DNA of 64,000 bases from Oculina patagonica (Eukaryota). The stretch spans positions 16,182,001-16,246,000 of the forward strand of contig NC_135761.1 in assembly GCF_052425735.1 (NCBI RefSeq). Direction: 5' to 3'. This document shows positions 39,101 to 54,247 of the stretch, piece after piece. Under the pieces are notes generated by a model. The model was given only the letters and a program-made list of their open reading frames with translations. It ran no database searches and had not been told where the DNA came from. The number at the start of each line of letters is the position of its first letter. The first letter of the stretch is position 1. The position numbers and the translations under genes were made by a program.

Positions 39101-39764
39101 TAACGATCTTCGATACAACGATACTTCCGATATAACGATGAATATGTTATGTCCCGGCAAAAGTAAAATGTATGGGACGGAATCCCGATATAACGATTCC
39201 TCGATACAACGATATAATTTTACTGCCCCCTTGGCATATCGTTATATTGGGGTTCCACTGTAATAGGAATTTATTCGACCTTGTCTCCAAGAAATAGCTT
39301 TAACTGTTCCCCAAAATTCATTTTTGACAAAATTCCTCTGTTCCTAAAAATTGTTAACTAAGTTTAATTCCTTACACACTTTTTCAGCATAAATTTCAAC
39401 AAAGATCCGTCCATACCTTCAACTCCCCTAATACCCCATGAAAAGTCCCAGCTATGGCTTTATCCAGATGTACTGCAAGGTCTTGAAAGTAATGCCTATC
39501 CTGCGTATTCACAAGGTTCTCGTCTTCCAATATTCGTCTAATAAGTGCCTTTCTTGTCATAGGAACAAATTTACGAGGGACGTAGTACTCTTTTCTGCCA
39601 GGCGTTCCTTGCTTTTGCTCTGCCTCATTTTGAACGCCGGTCTTCGAGCCAAACAGAGAAGGCCATTTGAAAAAAGAGGAGGTTGATGCACGTCTCAGAG
39701 ACTCTGCATAAATCCAAGTCCACTTTGGGATGGAACAAATGCCTTTTCGACCAGAGGATAACAT
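36163..39764 (-). CDS. TMEM143: Transmembrane protein 143-like (506 aa)
   Basis: Exons 39764-39417, 38773-37978, 37293-37120, 36365-36163 join in frame. Motifs LYDPLNPDKET, LKSFKDI..LEHLLPE and LYFKSIANN..LL..LADRAEDE, with two hydrophobic segments. Confidence 0.9.
39085..39260. mobile_element. Tc1/mariner-type MITE (TA TSD) in TMEM143 intron 1
   Basis: TIR CAGTGGAACCCCGATATAACGA / TCGTTATATTGGGGTTCCACTG. Confidence 0.8.
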
Positions 39765-41670
39765 TGTCGCAGGGAGCGCCGAAATGAAAGATGGCGGCAA
39801 CTCACGAAAACTCCCCAGAAAGACTGGGTATGAGGGTCATGTAAGCCATCATGTTGTGGCTCGCCTTGTTTGCAGTTTTTTGCGCGCGAAACGGGCCCCG
39901 CGTGAAACGAATGAAATGAATGTTTTCCCTCGTGAAATGTGATCTACTACAGGTAAAGATAACCGTGAGCAGCGTTATACAACGATAAATTTTCCCTGAA
40001 ACAAAAAGTGTTTTTTTTTTCATTGTTCTTTTTTTCTTTGCGAAAGATGTCCTGATTAGCAACTACTGTACCAGCCTTGCAGTGCGTGATTGCGGCCGTA
40101 GCCGGTTTGCGTGACGAGACAGGGTGCGATAAACGTGGACATAAACGCCAAGCGGCCAAGGGAGTGGCGGGTGTTTGCACAACGTAGCACTACTCAGTAG
40201 ATCAGTATTCATGTTATATCCTGTAGCTAATGTATTTTGATGTGCGATCAAGCTCAATTTTTAAACGTGACTTCAATACTACTGTACTTGTACTGTACGC
40301 TTCTTATGTTTATTGGGATACCTTCTTGTGATCTCTTGTATAAAAAAGTTGACGTCAGAAGCTCAATATCACAACACGTATAAATCTATCAATTGCCTAA
40401 AAATCAAACGAAGATGATTTTTCCAGTATACAGTCTCAACAGTTGAGTAGGATCCAGTGTAGTTAAAACAAGGCGAAGACACTCCTAAATATGCAGTCCA
40501 AAACTTACAATTTTATGTTCATGTACTCTGCCATTTACAAAGAAAAATACCTGATCGTGCTCTTTATTGTATTGGTGAATAGACAACAATGAAAGAACCA
40601 GTTAGATTCGCGGATTTCCAACAGAACAAGACAGTTATAGGAACTTTAAGATAAGTTCTCTTTAAGTCACTGAGCCAAATTTTTTAGCGCGTATTTGTGA
40701 TTAGCTTGTCTGGTTGTTCAAACCTTTCTCCATCGGAAAGGCGCCTGATGGCTGAAATTCAGGCAAAGGGATTTTGAATGATTAAATGATTTACGTTTTG
40801 TGGTAAAAGCGGTATTCTTTCTCACGGAAGCGAGTTTCATTTTTTTTCAGTTGCTGTTTTAAAAGATATGAAAAAAATTCGGTTGCTTACAAGCATACTG
40901 TTTAATTTACACGAGAAAACTCTTCAAACTTCTTCAAAGTAGTCCTTTGTTAGGAATAAAAAGCTTTGTCTTTCGGTGAATCCATGAATAAATTTGATTT
41001 CTTGCCAGATGTACACAGCACCTGTCACTTTCGGCTTGGGATGGACGCGCAACAAGTGGGCGATATGTCAGAGATTTACTCTGACATTCTGCCTTATCCA
41101 AAAGGAAAGTAAACATGAGAACACGAAAGAATTTTAGTGGAAATTGTTCTAGTTCACCGGCAGACGTGTGTGACATTTCGGAGGAAATCCGGCGGTCCAG
41201 CGCCTCTGAACTTCACGGGTCTTCACGCTTATTTCACTTCCGGTTTTGAAAGAACAATGCCAATTTGAGCATGCGCAATATCACGCGCGCAGTCCAAAAT
41301 CGCGCAGCGAGAGAGAGAGAAGGCGTGTTTTTGTGTGGATTTTTGAGAGTTTTAGAGCGGAACATTTCTTTCCAGCAATGGGTTAGTAATTTATTGTTGT
41401 TTGGACAGTGAATAGTTGCAGTATATTTTGCATTGTGGGCGTTCCTTCCGAGTTTTGACGGGTAGAAATTCGATGTTGCGGCGGAGGCTCGGAGCTGAGG
41501 GTTTGGGCCATATTTATAGTTGTCAATAGTGGGTTGAGGTCGTTCAGAGCGCCGCAGTACTCAATGAGTGGCTTCCAATTCCATCATTAATTTATAACGT
41601 TAAAAGCTTCTACACATACTAATATTTACTCGTCTTCTGCCTTCTTTCCTCGACAAACGCACTGTGCACG

Positions 41671-44600
41671 ATGGCTTCGATCAAAAAAACTTCTACCAAC
41701 TTGAAAGCGGTGAGTGGCTGGCTTGTCATTTGCGATTTGTTTGTTTGAATGCCTTTCAGTTTTATTGTGCCTGTACGTCAGCTTTGCTTGTTTGTTCTAC
41801 TTTACAGAGTGCCAAAGGAATGGAGGGTTATGTGGGCTTTGCGAATCTTCCGAATCAAGTTTTTCGCAAGAGTGTCAAGAAGGGATTCGAGTTCACTATT
41901 ATGGTTGTAGGTAGGTACTCTTATAATAAAACGGAAGAGAAATATGTTCTAACAAATTAAATTGTTGTTATTGGACATATTTTGCCGCTTCCTTCTTAAG
42001 TCAACGAAATTCGTGTCGAATCTAGATTCTTTGTAAATGAAAATTTATTTTTGAAGTAGTAATACGATAAAACCTCGTGGAGATTTTCTTGCAAGCATAA
42101 CTTGTATAGCGTGAGGGCATATTTATAATATTTCACTTCGCTAAAAACGTGCCAGAATTCGGACCTTTGTTGCTCTACAGGCTTTCATTGAAGACGCCTA
42201 AGCTTAAAATTGAATGCCGTTTCCCTTCTGGTGTCATCAACTGATTTTCTGTTAATCACGAATCAAATTTCGTGTCATTACAATATGTGTGATTCGATCG
42301 CGGTTTTGTCGAGAAAGCTTTGAGTATTTCCGTTCAATTTAAACGAAGATTATCGAAATGCATCGGCCTATCTCGATAATGTTTGTATAATATAATTTAC
42401 ACGCCCCGTTATGACAGAACGAAGCCTAGAAATCTCACAAAACAGTACATTTTTTTATGCAGAAGTAACAAATATACACGAGCAAAAAGCAGTACGGGTA
42501 CATTTCATGCTCACAAAATATGCCGTCATTTGTACGTGCGTGAATGTCTGGATATTGTTGTGGTATTAAAGATGTTCCGGCACTTGCAGGGTTAAACCTC
42601 GAGTTATCTGTAGGAATCGAGAGGTGCCATTGATTCTTATCACAATTTTAGCATTTGAAATCAGCGTTGAAATATTTCTTGAACAATCATGAATGTCTGT
42701 AGGAAGTTTCATTTTCAAGGGCCTGAGATGTTCCCTTGCGATAGAAATTCTGACATTTAGCAAATGTATGTCCGAGTGATAATTTATAGTTAAATGAAAT
42801 TTGAATATAAAAGCAAGGTCTAATACATTGACATTTTTCGTCTTCTTTTTTTGGGGCCGTTGTTTTTTTCAGATAAAGGAATTTTGGTGTGAGTTTTTGT
42901 CGTTTCGGTGAAGATCACGTAATTTTAGACCTTCAGTTGTACCGTGTATAATCGGCTTTGTGGACATAGTTTTCAGACTTGTCAAATTTTCAGTCTTTTG
43001 TGATGCCTAGAAGAAAGCCGACTCAATTCCTATCTGATTTGCATTTCAAACAAATATTTGCACCTGAAATTGAAGCCCAGTGAAGTTCTTGTTGAAATTA
43101 ACATCTGCTTTGAAATTGATTACTTGTAGAAGGACCACATACGTTCAGGTGTGAATTATCCACGTGCTTTGTTGGGACAGATGTTAAAATTAACACGGAA
43201 TGATGTGTAAATACCTTGTTCAAGACCACCACAGTTGTAAACATTTTAACTATTGCATTTGTGGTTCCAAGACATTACCATAACCTGTAATTTCCTCAAA
43301 GATATAATTATAAAAAATTTTGTTAAGGAATGTTTGTACTAAAAGTAAGTAAATTTTACGCCCACAAGGACTAATATGCTTAGGTTCGGTTTTGCTTCAA
43401 ACTTATTGCAATTAGGATGTAGGTAGCTATGAAAAGTGAGCACATTTATTTGGCAAATGCCTTGCCTTCTACATAAATCATTAGACTGTACCTACAGTTG
43501 CTTAGCGGGTTACATAACTTACACTTCCATTGTTTTTGCTTTTGAATTACTTTGAGGAGATTTCCTGTGGTACATCCACCCATCTATTGTGGTCATCTAC
43601 ATTGTGGTTATCAATTCTACACCTATTATGCTTTTGTTATTGGGAAGATGCTTTCCAGAAATTCCACAGGAAGCAAGTTGTTTTTTTTTTTTGGAGTCTT
43701 TGTTCTCTCGAAATTGTGCTTAGCACTGAAGTGAAAGTTACACCTTTTACAACTAAAACATTTTGTGCTCAATTAGGTTTTTAATAATAACAAATATTAT
43801 AAAAATAAAAATATGAGAGCCATTGCATGTAATCATGTAATAAACATTGCATGAGCCAGGAATCGATATTTTGTCAGCCCATCTCTTCCGTTTGTTTTGC
43901 ATACAATAAGGCTAAATGTCTTGAATTGTTGTCTGTTTAAAGGCCGATTTACATGGAACAATTTCGTCCCATGTGACATGCTTACGACAGGCCTACGGCA
44001 CAAACTGTGCCATGTAAATCAAACCTACAACTCGCTTATGACTGTCATAGGCGTGTCGTAAGCTTGTCGCATGCAGCAAAATCGTACCGTGTAAATCGCC
44101 CTTTAGACTTTCTGTGAAATCGGGAGTGATATATTTCATAAATGTTTTAATATTGATGTTATTCTAATTAGTAAATTTTGTGATGATTTATATGTACATT
44201 TTGTTGGCCCTGTGGGGTACAAAGTATGCATGCAGAGTAAAATAATTGGCTTATGAACTTGTAGCTCAGTCATTTAAATGCCATTACCAAATTGAGGTGA
44301 TTTTGGGTTGCAACCTCATTATTTACTGAAAGAACCCTCATTCTTTTTTTCCTTTTCTTGCTTTTAAACAGTCACAAGTTAATTAGGTCTCACTGAGAAT
44401 TACTGTACATGTAGCCTGTGCAGGAAAAATAGTATTTTTTGGTATCCTTATATATAAGGCCTATACACATACACTGAACAGCTCACGCACATACACATGT
44501 AGCCATAGTAAAAATATTTCCACTGCCTGTTGGTGGGGTTCTAAGTAGTTCTTAGGTTTCTTGTTTATATTGTTGTTCCCTAATTATTTAGAAAGCTTAT

Positions 44601-47600
44601 AATATGTGTTGTCATAATTCAAGCTGTGATTTTACCAACAAACAGGTGTATATTGTGGGTTGTTTTGATTCAAACACTTTAATTCCAAGTTGTAGAAAAG
44701 ATTGCAGGAATTATTATAACTCAAGAAGGAAATCAGAAGTACTAGTTTATCTTCATTTATGTTGGAACCATAAAACCACATAAAAAAATTCTGTCAGTTT
44801 ACTGAGTGACATATCAATGGAAGTAAAAAGACAAATATTTTTAGTGATTTTAAATATTAATTGGACAAAAACATTATAATGTACTTGAAGGTAAAATAGT
44901 GCTAGCAAAACATGAATTGTACTTGAAACAAAATCTATATTGACATGTACAGTGTATTATGTTTCTTCTTTCCTTTTTCAAAATCATACATTGCAACCAT
45001 ATTATTTTTATTAGTTTGGAAAATGATAGAACTTTCTATACCAGTGTAACATGCACTCTGTTGTATGTACTTGGCTCACGAAGTCACATGGCTATTGAAT
45101 GTTGAAAAATTAACATGACAGACGTGTAATAGCACAATCTTACAGTTTTTGCTTTTGTTGTGTAGATGACACAGACATATATTTATATGACTTTTGTCCT
45201 TGTTGTATACATTCGAGATAGCATTACACAGAGACCATTGGTGTCTCTAGGTTTTGGTGAACCATTTTTCGAGTTCAACTTAATAATACGTATGTTACAT
45301 TAAAAGTTTTTTTTTTTTTTAACCAAAAACTTATGATGACACGCCGTAATGACTTATGATATTAATTTCACACTATGTGCATCAAATGCTGTGTATATCA
45401 TATAATCGTTAATGACTCTGGGTGGGAGTCATGGAGCATTTTCTTTGACCAGTACCTTAATGCCATATACTTGGCCCTTCAATTCAGGATAGCCTTAATT
45501 GTATTTAAAGGATTAGGCTAAGCTAGGAGCTTGCATTCTTTGCTTACAAGTCATCTCCACCTTAATCCAGTTTTAAGAGGTGAATATGATAACATCCTAA
45601 TCTGTCTAAAAATTCTTAAGATGTTCTTTGCTCTAAAGACATATTAAGTGATTTCAAGCTGCAGCATGTGCTTCTCTTATATGTGTTCCCTCTTTTCTTG
45701 AAGATCCTTCCGCAGCTCTATTCAGCTTAATCCCCCTTCAAATTAAACATTTCATAACAGTATTAATTAGTGCATTTCCCATGGGTTTCTCCAAAGAGCT
45801 TTTGTTCCTAAGACTCTTGGCCACCCTAGTGGCTAATACATTGTTAAGCTTGTGTATTGCAATATCTCTGATAAACCCTCACATAACTCCAAAATTTCTT
45901 CTCCTAGGTGAAAGTGGACTTGGGAAATCCACCCTTCTCAACTCGCTGTTTCTCACTGATATTTACACACCAGCTGGCTACCCTAGTGTGGAGGAACGAC
46001 TCAAGAAAACTGTTTCAGTAAGTACAGTGCCATGTTGTATAATTTTCGTTGTGCGACGAAAGAGCCATTTTCTTTTGCTGGAAATGGCTACAGTTAAAAG
46101 TTTTGAAGAATGGCAGTAATAAATATTTGGAAGAATGAAAAAGGTTTATATGTGGGATTTATAGCTATGACGCTCTTGATAGAGACATACAAGCAACCCT
46201 CCCCCTTTGGTAAAAAGAAATTTGTTAGCCCCCTCTTCCCCCTCTCCACTGTAGGCTTTTCCTTTTACCTTAAAAGTAATGCTGTATAACTTGTTTGAGC
46301 AAATATTGAAATGTAAAACAAAAATAATTATTTTTTGTTTCTGTAAACAGATTAAACCTTCAACAATTGAGATGAAAGAGGGAGGTGTTAGATTAAGACT
46401 GACAATTGTTGATACTCCTGGGTTTGGAGATGCTGTAGACAACACTGACTGGTAAATAATTTGTTATGGCTTCATTTTACATTAATTTTTAATTACAGTT
46501 TTAATTATTATTGAATTATTTTTTACAGTACAGTTGAACCTCTCCCTACTGAGGTAAGGGTCCACGGGGGTGTGCTGCTTGGACTTTGAAACCTTATGAC
46601 TTTGAAAAATCATGTTAAGGAAAGTGTCTTTCACTTCTGAGTTTCTATTCCTATTCTGGACTTAATTGGTCATACCACTGACCAGTTTCCGAGCAAATGA
46701 TGCTCTTTTCTGGACCAAAACTCTCTGATTTCTATACCCTACCCCAGACTAACAACAACCACACATGAGCGAGAGCTAATTTTTCTTTCTTTCTTTATTT
46801 TCTATTTCAAATAAAGTGACATTTCGAATTTTTTTTTACTGAAAAATGGGGGGTGGATATCCACCCTATCCAACCCCCCTGTATCCTCCCCTGACCATAC
46901 CCTTCACAGTGGCACATACCTATTTAGCTCATATATGGGAGTGCCCCCCCCCCCCCCCCACCGCTGGGATAATAGTGGGGGGAGCCTGTATAAAAGAGTT
47001 TCAACTATGAGGTTCTAAAAATCTGATTTATTCTATTTCAGCTGGAAACCTATTATTGAGTACATTGACAGTAAATTTGAAGAATATTTAAATGCAGAAT
47101 CAAGAGTGTTCAGAACACCATTTCCAGACGACAGAGTTCACTGTTGCTTGTATTTTATTGCTCCAACAGGGCACTGGTGAGTAAAATGGTTCTTTTATTT
47201 AATAGAAATGTTATTGCCATCAATTTGTGACAGAATGGATTTTGCAAATTCTTTTCTGACTAACATCCAGATAAGATTTGCTGACTCAGGGCCTTTCTGA
47301 CTTCCTCTGGTCTCCTAACATACACGTGTTGATGTTGACTTTGCCTTTGACTTTTTCTATTATTTGGTCTCACTGGTCTCTATGATTTGAACTCCTTGTC
47401 TGAGGTTAACAGAGAGAACAGTATTATCTCAGAGACTAATCAGCTGCTCCTACTTTTTTTACAACAGTTTAAAGCCTTTGGATATAGAATTTATGAAAAG
47501 ACTTCACAACAAGGTATGTGTAGTGTTTTGCGGTTTTGCTGGGGGGGTGAGGGGACATACATACCATACTCCCAGCCCCTTCATGGTTCATTAAGCTGTA

Positions 47601-50600
47601 TTTGAGTGGCAATAAAGTGTGTGAACTAGCTATTTGGTTAGTGAACATTCTGATCGGCAAATGATAAATATTTGACTCTGTTTTTTCTTATTCTGTATAC
47701 AACACAGTAGTTTTAAACTACATAGTGTAAAATATTGTCACTGTTTTAAAAAAAAATCATGTACTGTTTATCATTCTTAAGTGTAATGGTTCACATTCTG
47801 TTTATTTCAGGTTAATATTGTGCCTGTGATAGCAAAAGCTGATACCTTAACAAATGAAGAATGCACCAAATTCAAGAAACAGGTACAACAATCTTCCACC
47901 TTTTGTTCCTAATTTTTACTGCCTTGATGAAAGTAAACCCTTCCAGTCCAGTGAAGTTTGGGCAACAAATTTAAGTGTAGCAGCTATTGTACGGTATCTT
48001 GTTATTGAACAAAAGAGCCAGGTTAGTTTATAATAGGCTGAAACTAATGTTTACTTACATGTGTTCATTGCAACCTCCTAAAATTTCAGTTAATCTAGCA
48101 TAACTTTGGACCAGTTGGGCATAATTATAATAATCATGCTAACTGGTTTTTAATAACTAGTGTATTAAGAGACTTCTGCAAAATTTTTCTGTCAGATATT
48201 AAAAGAAATAGAAGAAAATGACATTGGAATTTACAGATTTCCTGACCTTGGAGGAGAGGATGATGAAGATGTAGCTGCTGTTAGCATGAAGGTTTGTTTG
48301 CACTTCTTACTAACATATACATGATAGCAAGTTATTTTGGTATGATTATGTTAAGGCTAGTATGAACTTGAAAGCACAGCAGAAATTGAATTTAAAAAGG
48401 GTAGAAAGGGGGTAGTTCAAAATTTTGAACATGTGCTAGGTAGCTTGAGTTGAGACAGCTTTTCTTTTCTCTTTATATTCAGGACAGAATACCATTTGCA
48501 GTGGTCGGTAGCAACACTGTACTAGAGGTGAATGGCAAGAGAGTGCGAGCTAGAGTTTACCCTTGGGGTGTAGCAGAAGGTAATTTGGCAGCAACACTGA
48601 CACAAAGTTGATGTAATTTTGTAACTTTAATTGACAATTAATTGACCAATTTTACAACCATGCATCCTTTTGTTTGACGATTAGCATTTACTTACACGCC
48701 ATATGGTTATAACATTTTATTAAACTGTTCTTACTCACCCAGTTTCTTCTCTTACAGTATACTACTTTGTAAAGATGATGTCCTGTCGAATTGTAGGTGC
48801 AACAAAATACTTTTCAATATCCAATCATAATGTTTTATTCCTTTTCCTTTTTCAGTTGAGAATGTAGACCATTGTGATTTTGTTGCTTTAAGAAATATGC
48901 TGATAAGGTAAGTGTCAGGTCATTTTCTTAGCCCTTTGAATGGATTACCATGCATCTTTTTATATTTTCTGAAAATTTGGCAGTACATCAAGATAGTATC
49001 ATTAGAGCTTGAATGCCCTGTCTGGTCAACTGGAACAAGTAGATTGTCCAATTTGGCAATGCTAACATGCCGGATGGGCAAGGGCCCACATGTAAGATGT
49101 TTTTATTTATGAATGTTTTTATTTTTTATGTTATTCTTTCTTACAGAACACACATGCAGGATCTCAAGGATATGACAAATGACAATCACTATGAGAATTA
49201 TCGCTGTGAAAAGCTGGCAGCCATGACAGTGGGCTCACCTACACATCAACCAAATTCAAAGTAAGTTGTCATGGATTTTATTTGCCGAAAAAATAAGGAT
49301 TTCAAGCAAGATAGAATGATTTTCACTTGAATGTCAAGAGTAATTTACGTTTGCTTTGGTTTTGCATTACTACTCTTTGTGGTTGATCTGAAGTAAAACC
49401 AAAACCAATCGTGACTCGCTCACAGACCTTTTCCCGTGCTTCGTGCCGGCTTCACGTATTTTCTCCGAGTTTTGATTGGTTCAATGGCATGGATTGTCTG
49501 TGTTTGTGATTGGCTAGAATGATTACTTTGGTTTTAGTTTTAGGACATTCATAGAAAACTGCTATAAAGGTGGAGTCAATCTGTTTCGATTTTGCTCCCA
49601 ATTGTTAGTTAAACAGCACGTTCGGTTTGTACTGTTTGAAGAGCATTTTGGCCGATATTTTTTGAACCATTTGTGTAGTTTTACAAATGAAAGAACAAAC
49701 AAAAACGCCCTGTTGTTTTGAAGTCAGTGGTCATACATTTATCGACTGATCTCTTCTGTCCTTTATTTTCTTTGTAGCATTTCGCTAAGTAGAAGTCCTC
49801 TGGAGCAGCTGGAAGCTGAAAAGGAGGAGCGAGAACAGAAGCTGAAGAAAATGGAGCAGGAGATGGAGCAAGTGTTTGAGATGAAAGTCAAGGAGAAGAA
49901 AAAGAAGCTTAAAGATTCAGAGGCAGAGGTGAGCGGCCAGAGTTAAAGAATGAAGTGAAGTTTGTTACAGCTCTGCAGGGATTTACACCGGTCAAAACGT
50001 TATGTTCCGTTGCAATTCAGCAAAATAAATCTATTTTAGTCTTACAATTGCTTTGTCGATTGAAAATTAGCCTTCAAAGACCTTCAAACGTACTTTCTTC
50101 CCCACTGGGGGCTTGTTCGCAGGCTAATCGAAAGCCCAAGTCAGTTTATGTCCAGGGGTGGGAAGAGGGAGGACAGTGAACGTCACCACGTGTAGATGAC
50201 ACGTGTAGATGACACGTGTGGTTGCTGTTTTTGATTGGCTGATACGTGTGGAAAACCAACAAAAGTAAACAAAAAGCTGTCAACACGTGCGATCGTTTGC
50301 CATTTGATGGGTTTAGGGGTTAGGACCATTTTGATAAGAATTAATTTACCTTCTTTAGACTATAACTCAGTACCATTTTGCATTGATCAACAGCTTGCCA
50401 AGAAAAACGAACAAATGTGGAAACAGCTCGACCAACAGAACAAGGAGCTGGAGGAGAAAAGAAAACAATTTGAGAGGGAAAAGGCGCAATATGAGGAAGA
50501 ACAGAAAAACAATAAAGAAAAAGGTCTTGAGCGATCAGACTCGTCCAGCAAGTCACTCAAGTAGGTGTCTTAAATAACAAACAAAATGTTCAAAATTAGA

Positions 50601-53600
50601 AGTATTCAAAAATCAGAATTTTCTCGAGTGAAAAGGCGTGTCTGTCAGACTACATGTATTGTACCGCTTTCTTTTTGCTATTGCATTGTTCTGTGATTTT
50701 CATGTCATTACTGTAAATGTAATGTAAAAGTAGTTCTACAGCCGGAATTTCAGTCTGAAGTTTCAGGAAAGGAAGCCTCTCTCTCATGATTTAAAACAAC
50801 AGCGAGTGTGCTGCTGAGTACCGTTATGTTGTTGTGTATTTCACTGTATTAAATCCTTTTCAGGCCTTGTTTAATTATGGCTTATTCTATCCCAGGATCT
50901 CCCACTTCCACCTCTTGAATTACCTTAAAACTTCCTTCAGTACTTAGCTAACTTAAACATGCAGCTGTAGAAAGTGAAAACTCTTGGAATTAGGTAGTAA
51001 GCTAAAACCCAATTTTCTCTTCTTTCTTTGCTCTCAGACATCTTATGTTAGCTTTTTCTGCTATAAAATGGTCAACAGCGTTTGCTTAAGATGTAATTGC
51101 GTTAAGTGCATGGCATATACCAAATGAAAGAAACGTTGACCCTGCAAAAAAGCATAAACGTGAACGATGTGACCCAATGGTATTCTGGGTAGAGTTCCTT
51201 GCTAAGCTTAGTAATATTCCTTTTATTGACAATCAAAATAATTTCTTTCTTTGGGAGCCTTAGGGCATGACTTATAAAAACCTGTCTTTTTATCATGTTT
51301 ATTCTGTCAAAGACGACGATTATTTTTGCGATGTCCTAGTAAACATTTGAGTCGCATCGTTCAAGGTTTATGCTTTTCATGAGTCAACGATTCTTCAATC
51401 AGGTATATGTATCAATCCATTCTGCGTCGCTGTAATGCAACTGAAGCAAATGCTGTTGTCCAAACGCTTGATCCAAAAATCATTTACATGAAGGAGGCTA
51501 TATTATAAAGCTGAGCTGTATAATTTCCTTTACTTTAAACCATAAAGAGACATTCTTAAGAACATTTCACATTAAAAAGTCATAGTAAAGGCATGCGACT
51601 CGACTTGTTTAAACATTTCATTTTATTTTGGAGAGCTTATTGCTTTGTAGGCTGCTATGCGTAATATAAATGTTACTAAAAATTTATCTCACAACTGTTA
51701 ACCAATCAAAACATTCCATTCTGCGCCCCTAATTAAATCTCGCTCGTGGAGCACCCATCTGGCACGCAATCTTTTTTCCCTTTAATTAACAAACTAAGTC
51801 ATAAATCATGTTTAAAAAAAAATAACAACCTGATCATTTGTCCACACAGAGAGAACCAGCGAGCTCTGTTCAATGGCGCGTTGTGTTTCCCAAGGGCTGA
51901 AAAACAACAACTAAAAACAACTGACTAGAAATAATAAGGTACTGACGTCTGCTTTTGTATTCTTGGTCTCCATGATAAAAAAATCTTGATGAACTATGTA
52001 GCTTTGATTCTCTCTGTTCTCGTGTTCAGCACTGCATAAGCTTCAGCTAACCACTAAAAAGCAATTAATTATTAACCACTTAAAATTTAAAATACTTAGA
52101 CTGTTTACAGTCCCTATTTTTACGTGAAGATCGATCGTTGAGTTCGACGGGCCGCCATCTTGATTCTTAAATGCGAGTGAAAACTGTTTCCCTCCCCAAC
52201 CCCCACACTATAAACACCCCGCATCCCTACCCACGGGTTTTTTGCACACTCCGCAGTTTTCGCTCCCGTTACTTACCAAGATGGCGGCCCGTCGAACTCA
52301 ATGATCAATCTCTACGACTTCACAGAAAAATAGGGGACTGTGGACAGTCTATGAAATGCTTAAAATGCCAAATAACATTAAAAACGTTAGTGGGTATATA
52401 AATACTCAGCGTTATACCGCACCTTAAAAAACTAAACGTGTAAAGCATAAAAACGCATAAAGCTAAAACGCAAACGTTAAAGGCTAAAGAGTGCAAAAAA
52501 AATTATAATTTTTTTTCTGTTTAATTTATAAACCGTTTATCTGCCATGAGGGAAAGCCAACTTAAGATGTCTGGGCTGCTTGGAATTAAAACGTCCAATA
52601 AGCTGAGGGTTAATTTGTGCATTCTTACTAATCTCTATTACACTTCTCTCAATTACTTTCAATGAAAGATATTTAGCAACAGAATAAATGTAGGTAGCCT
52701 GTGTACAGCCGTCCCGCTCCTCCCAAAGGCTAAATAAATGGAACTGAAAAATTTGTTAAATAGCGTGAGCTTCGAGGGACTCAAATCTCACCTGAGGAGA
52801 CTTCGTCCCCTAAGTTACCGCGTTGGTCAGTTATCCAGTCCCCAGCGCATATTCATTGAGTTTATAGGATAGCCCCGCGTACCTTATCTTGATAAGTACG
52901 CCTTTGAGCGGTTTCCTCGCTGCCCCAGGAAGGTGAGAAAGTACAGGTTTCTCTTACACCAAATCACAATTGACTCTACGGCTCCCGGCTCGTGCCTCCC
53001 AGCGTCGCCTCCCAGTCAGCAGAGTTCAGCTTTATTTGCCTGTTGACTTTTGTGCATTTCTTTTCAGTCTATGCCGCCTGTCGGGGTTGCCTTGTGGTTT
53101 TTCGCATCTGTTAGTAACTAGTTTATGCCTTCGATTTTGCTTTTAACCAAACTCTAAATTCGTCGTTTTTAGGGGCAGTCGTCGCAGCGCTTCATTTCAG
53201 TCTCATCGTAAAAGCTGTAAGAGCTCGTTTAGTTTATGGCGCACAAGCACGCTTGCTTTTTGCACACGTCACCTTCACCTATTCTTACTGGAACTACTGC
53301 ACAGTTATTGGACTCTTTTATCAAGACTCGCTACCCGGTTGACTTAATAAAAATTTTCTGGGATTCAGTGGTCCAAAATTCACCGTTATTTGTTCAAATC
53401 ATAGTTAGTCCCCCTCTACCATGTTCAAATACAGTAAAGATACTGAAGAAACAGGCCTTTCTAAGATTGAAGCCGAAAATTTCTACACCGACTGATGATG
53501 TAGAGTATCTGATTGGGCAAATTTGCAGCCAATCGTAGACTACACCGATATATATACCTACGTCATCAGAAGGTCTTTCTCGAGGGTGGAGTGGGCGCCA

Positions 53601-54247
53601 TAGAGGGAAACCTTTTTTCTGAGGTTGGACCATATTGAATCATTAAATAACGTTGTCAGCTACTTTTATTAGCGTTAAGTTTTTGTCAAATTTCGTGGAA
53701 AATTTTTTAGACCCTCTTGGCAAACGTCATCGCCTCTGCATGCGTTTGCGTGCCGTTTATTTCAAGATGCGTTGCCCGTGACGTAGCTCCTTTGACGTAG
53801 CTCCGGGGCCGTACCTGGCGCGGGGGGGGGGGGGGGGGGGGGGGGGAGAGTTGCCCCCGCCAGGAAAGCAAAGAAAACTAAAGGGAATAAAAAGAAAAAC
53901 TAAAATAAAATAAAAACCAGCTGCCCCGCCAGGAAAACGTGCCCAGAGCTCCCTAGATCCTGGACAAACCATTATACGATTTTAGTCAGTGTCGAAATTG
54001 CCTAAAATTGCGTGACATAGCCCTTTTCAGCTTCTAACATAATCTTTTGTGCCCGGCTTTGCTTTGCGAGCCTTAGGATTATTGATACGGCATAGGTGGT
54101 TGTTTTAATTTTTGGTGGCGGGCACCAATGTTAACTTAGCTTATGTCGGTTTGTTGTGTTTCCAGGTCCGTAGACGGTTTAGTGAAAGACGGCAAAGAAA
54201 AAGACAGAGAGGGCAAGAAGAAGGACAAGAAAAAGGGTTTCTTTTAA
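41671..54247 (+). CDS. SEPTIN7: Septin-7 (454 aa, 14 exons)
   Basis: Exons 41671-41709, 41808-41910, 45908-46017, 46351-46451, 47042-47176, 47468-47513, 47811-47882, 48196-48291, 48483-48579, 48856-48907, 49147-49260, 49778-49928, 50394-50560, 54166-54247. Motifs [39 protein letters not shown] and AKAD, a coiled coil, and the basic tail KKKGFF*. The first exon is least certain. Confidence 0.93.
52097..52351. mobile_element. MITE in the last septin intron
   Basis: TIR TAGACTGTTTACAGTCCCTATTTTT / AAAAATAGGGGACTGTGGACAGTCTA. Confidence 0.7.

Noticed and set aside
53236-53633. Possible retroelement remnant in the septin intron
   Set aside because: No reverse-transcriptase or endonuclease motif could be confirmed by eye.
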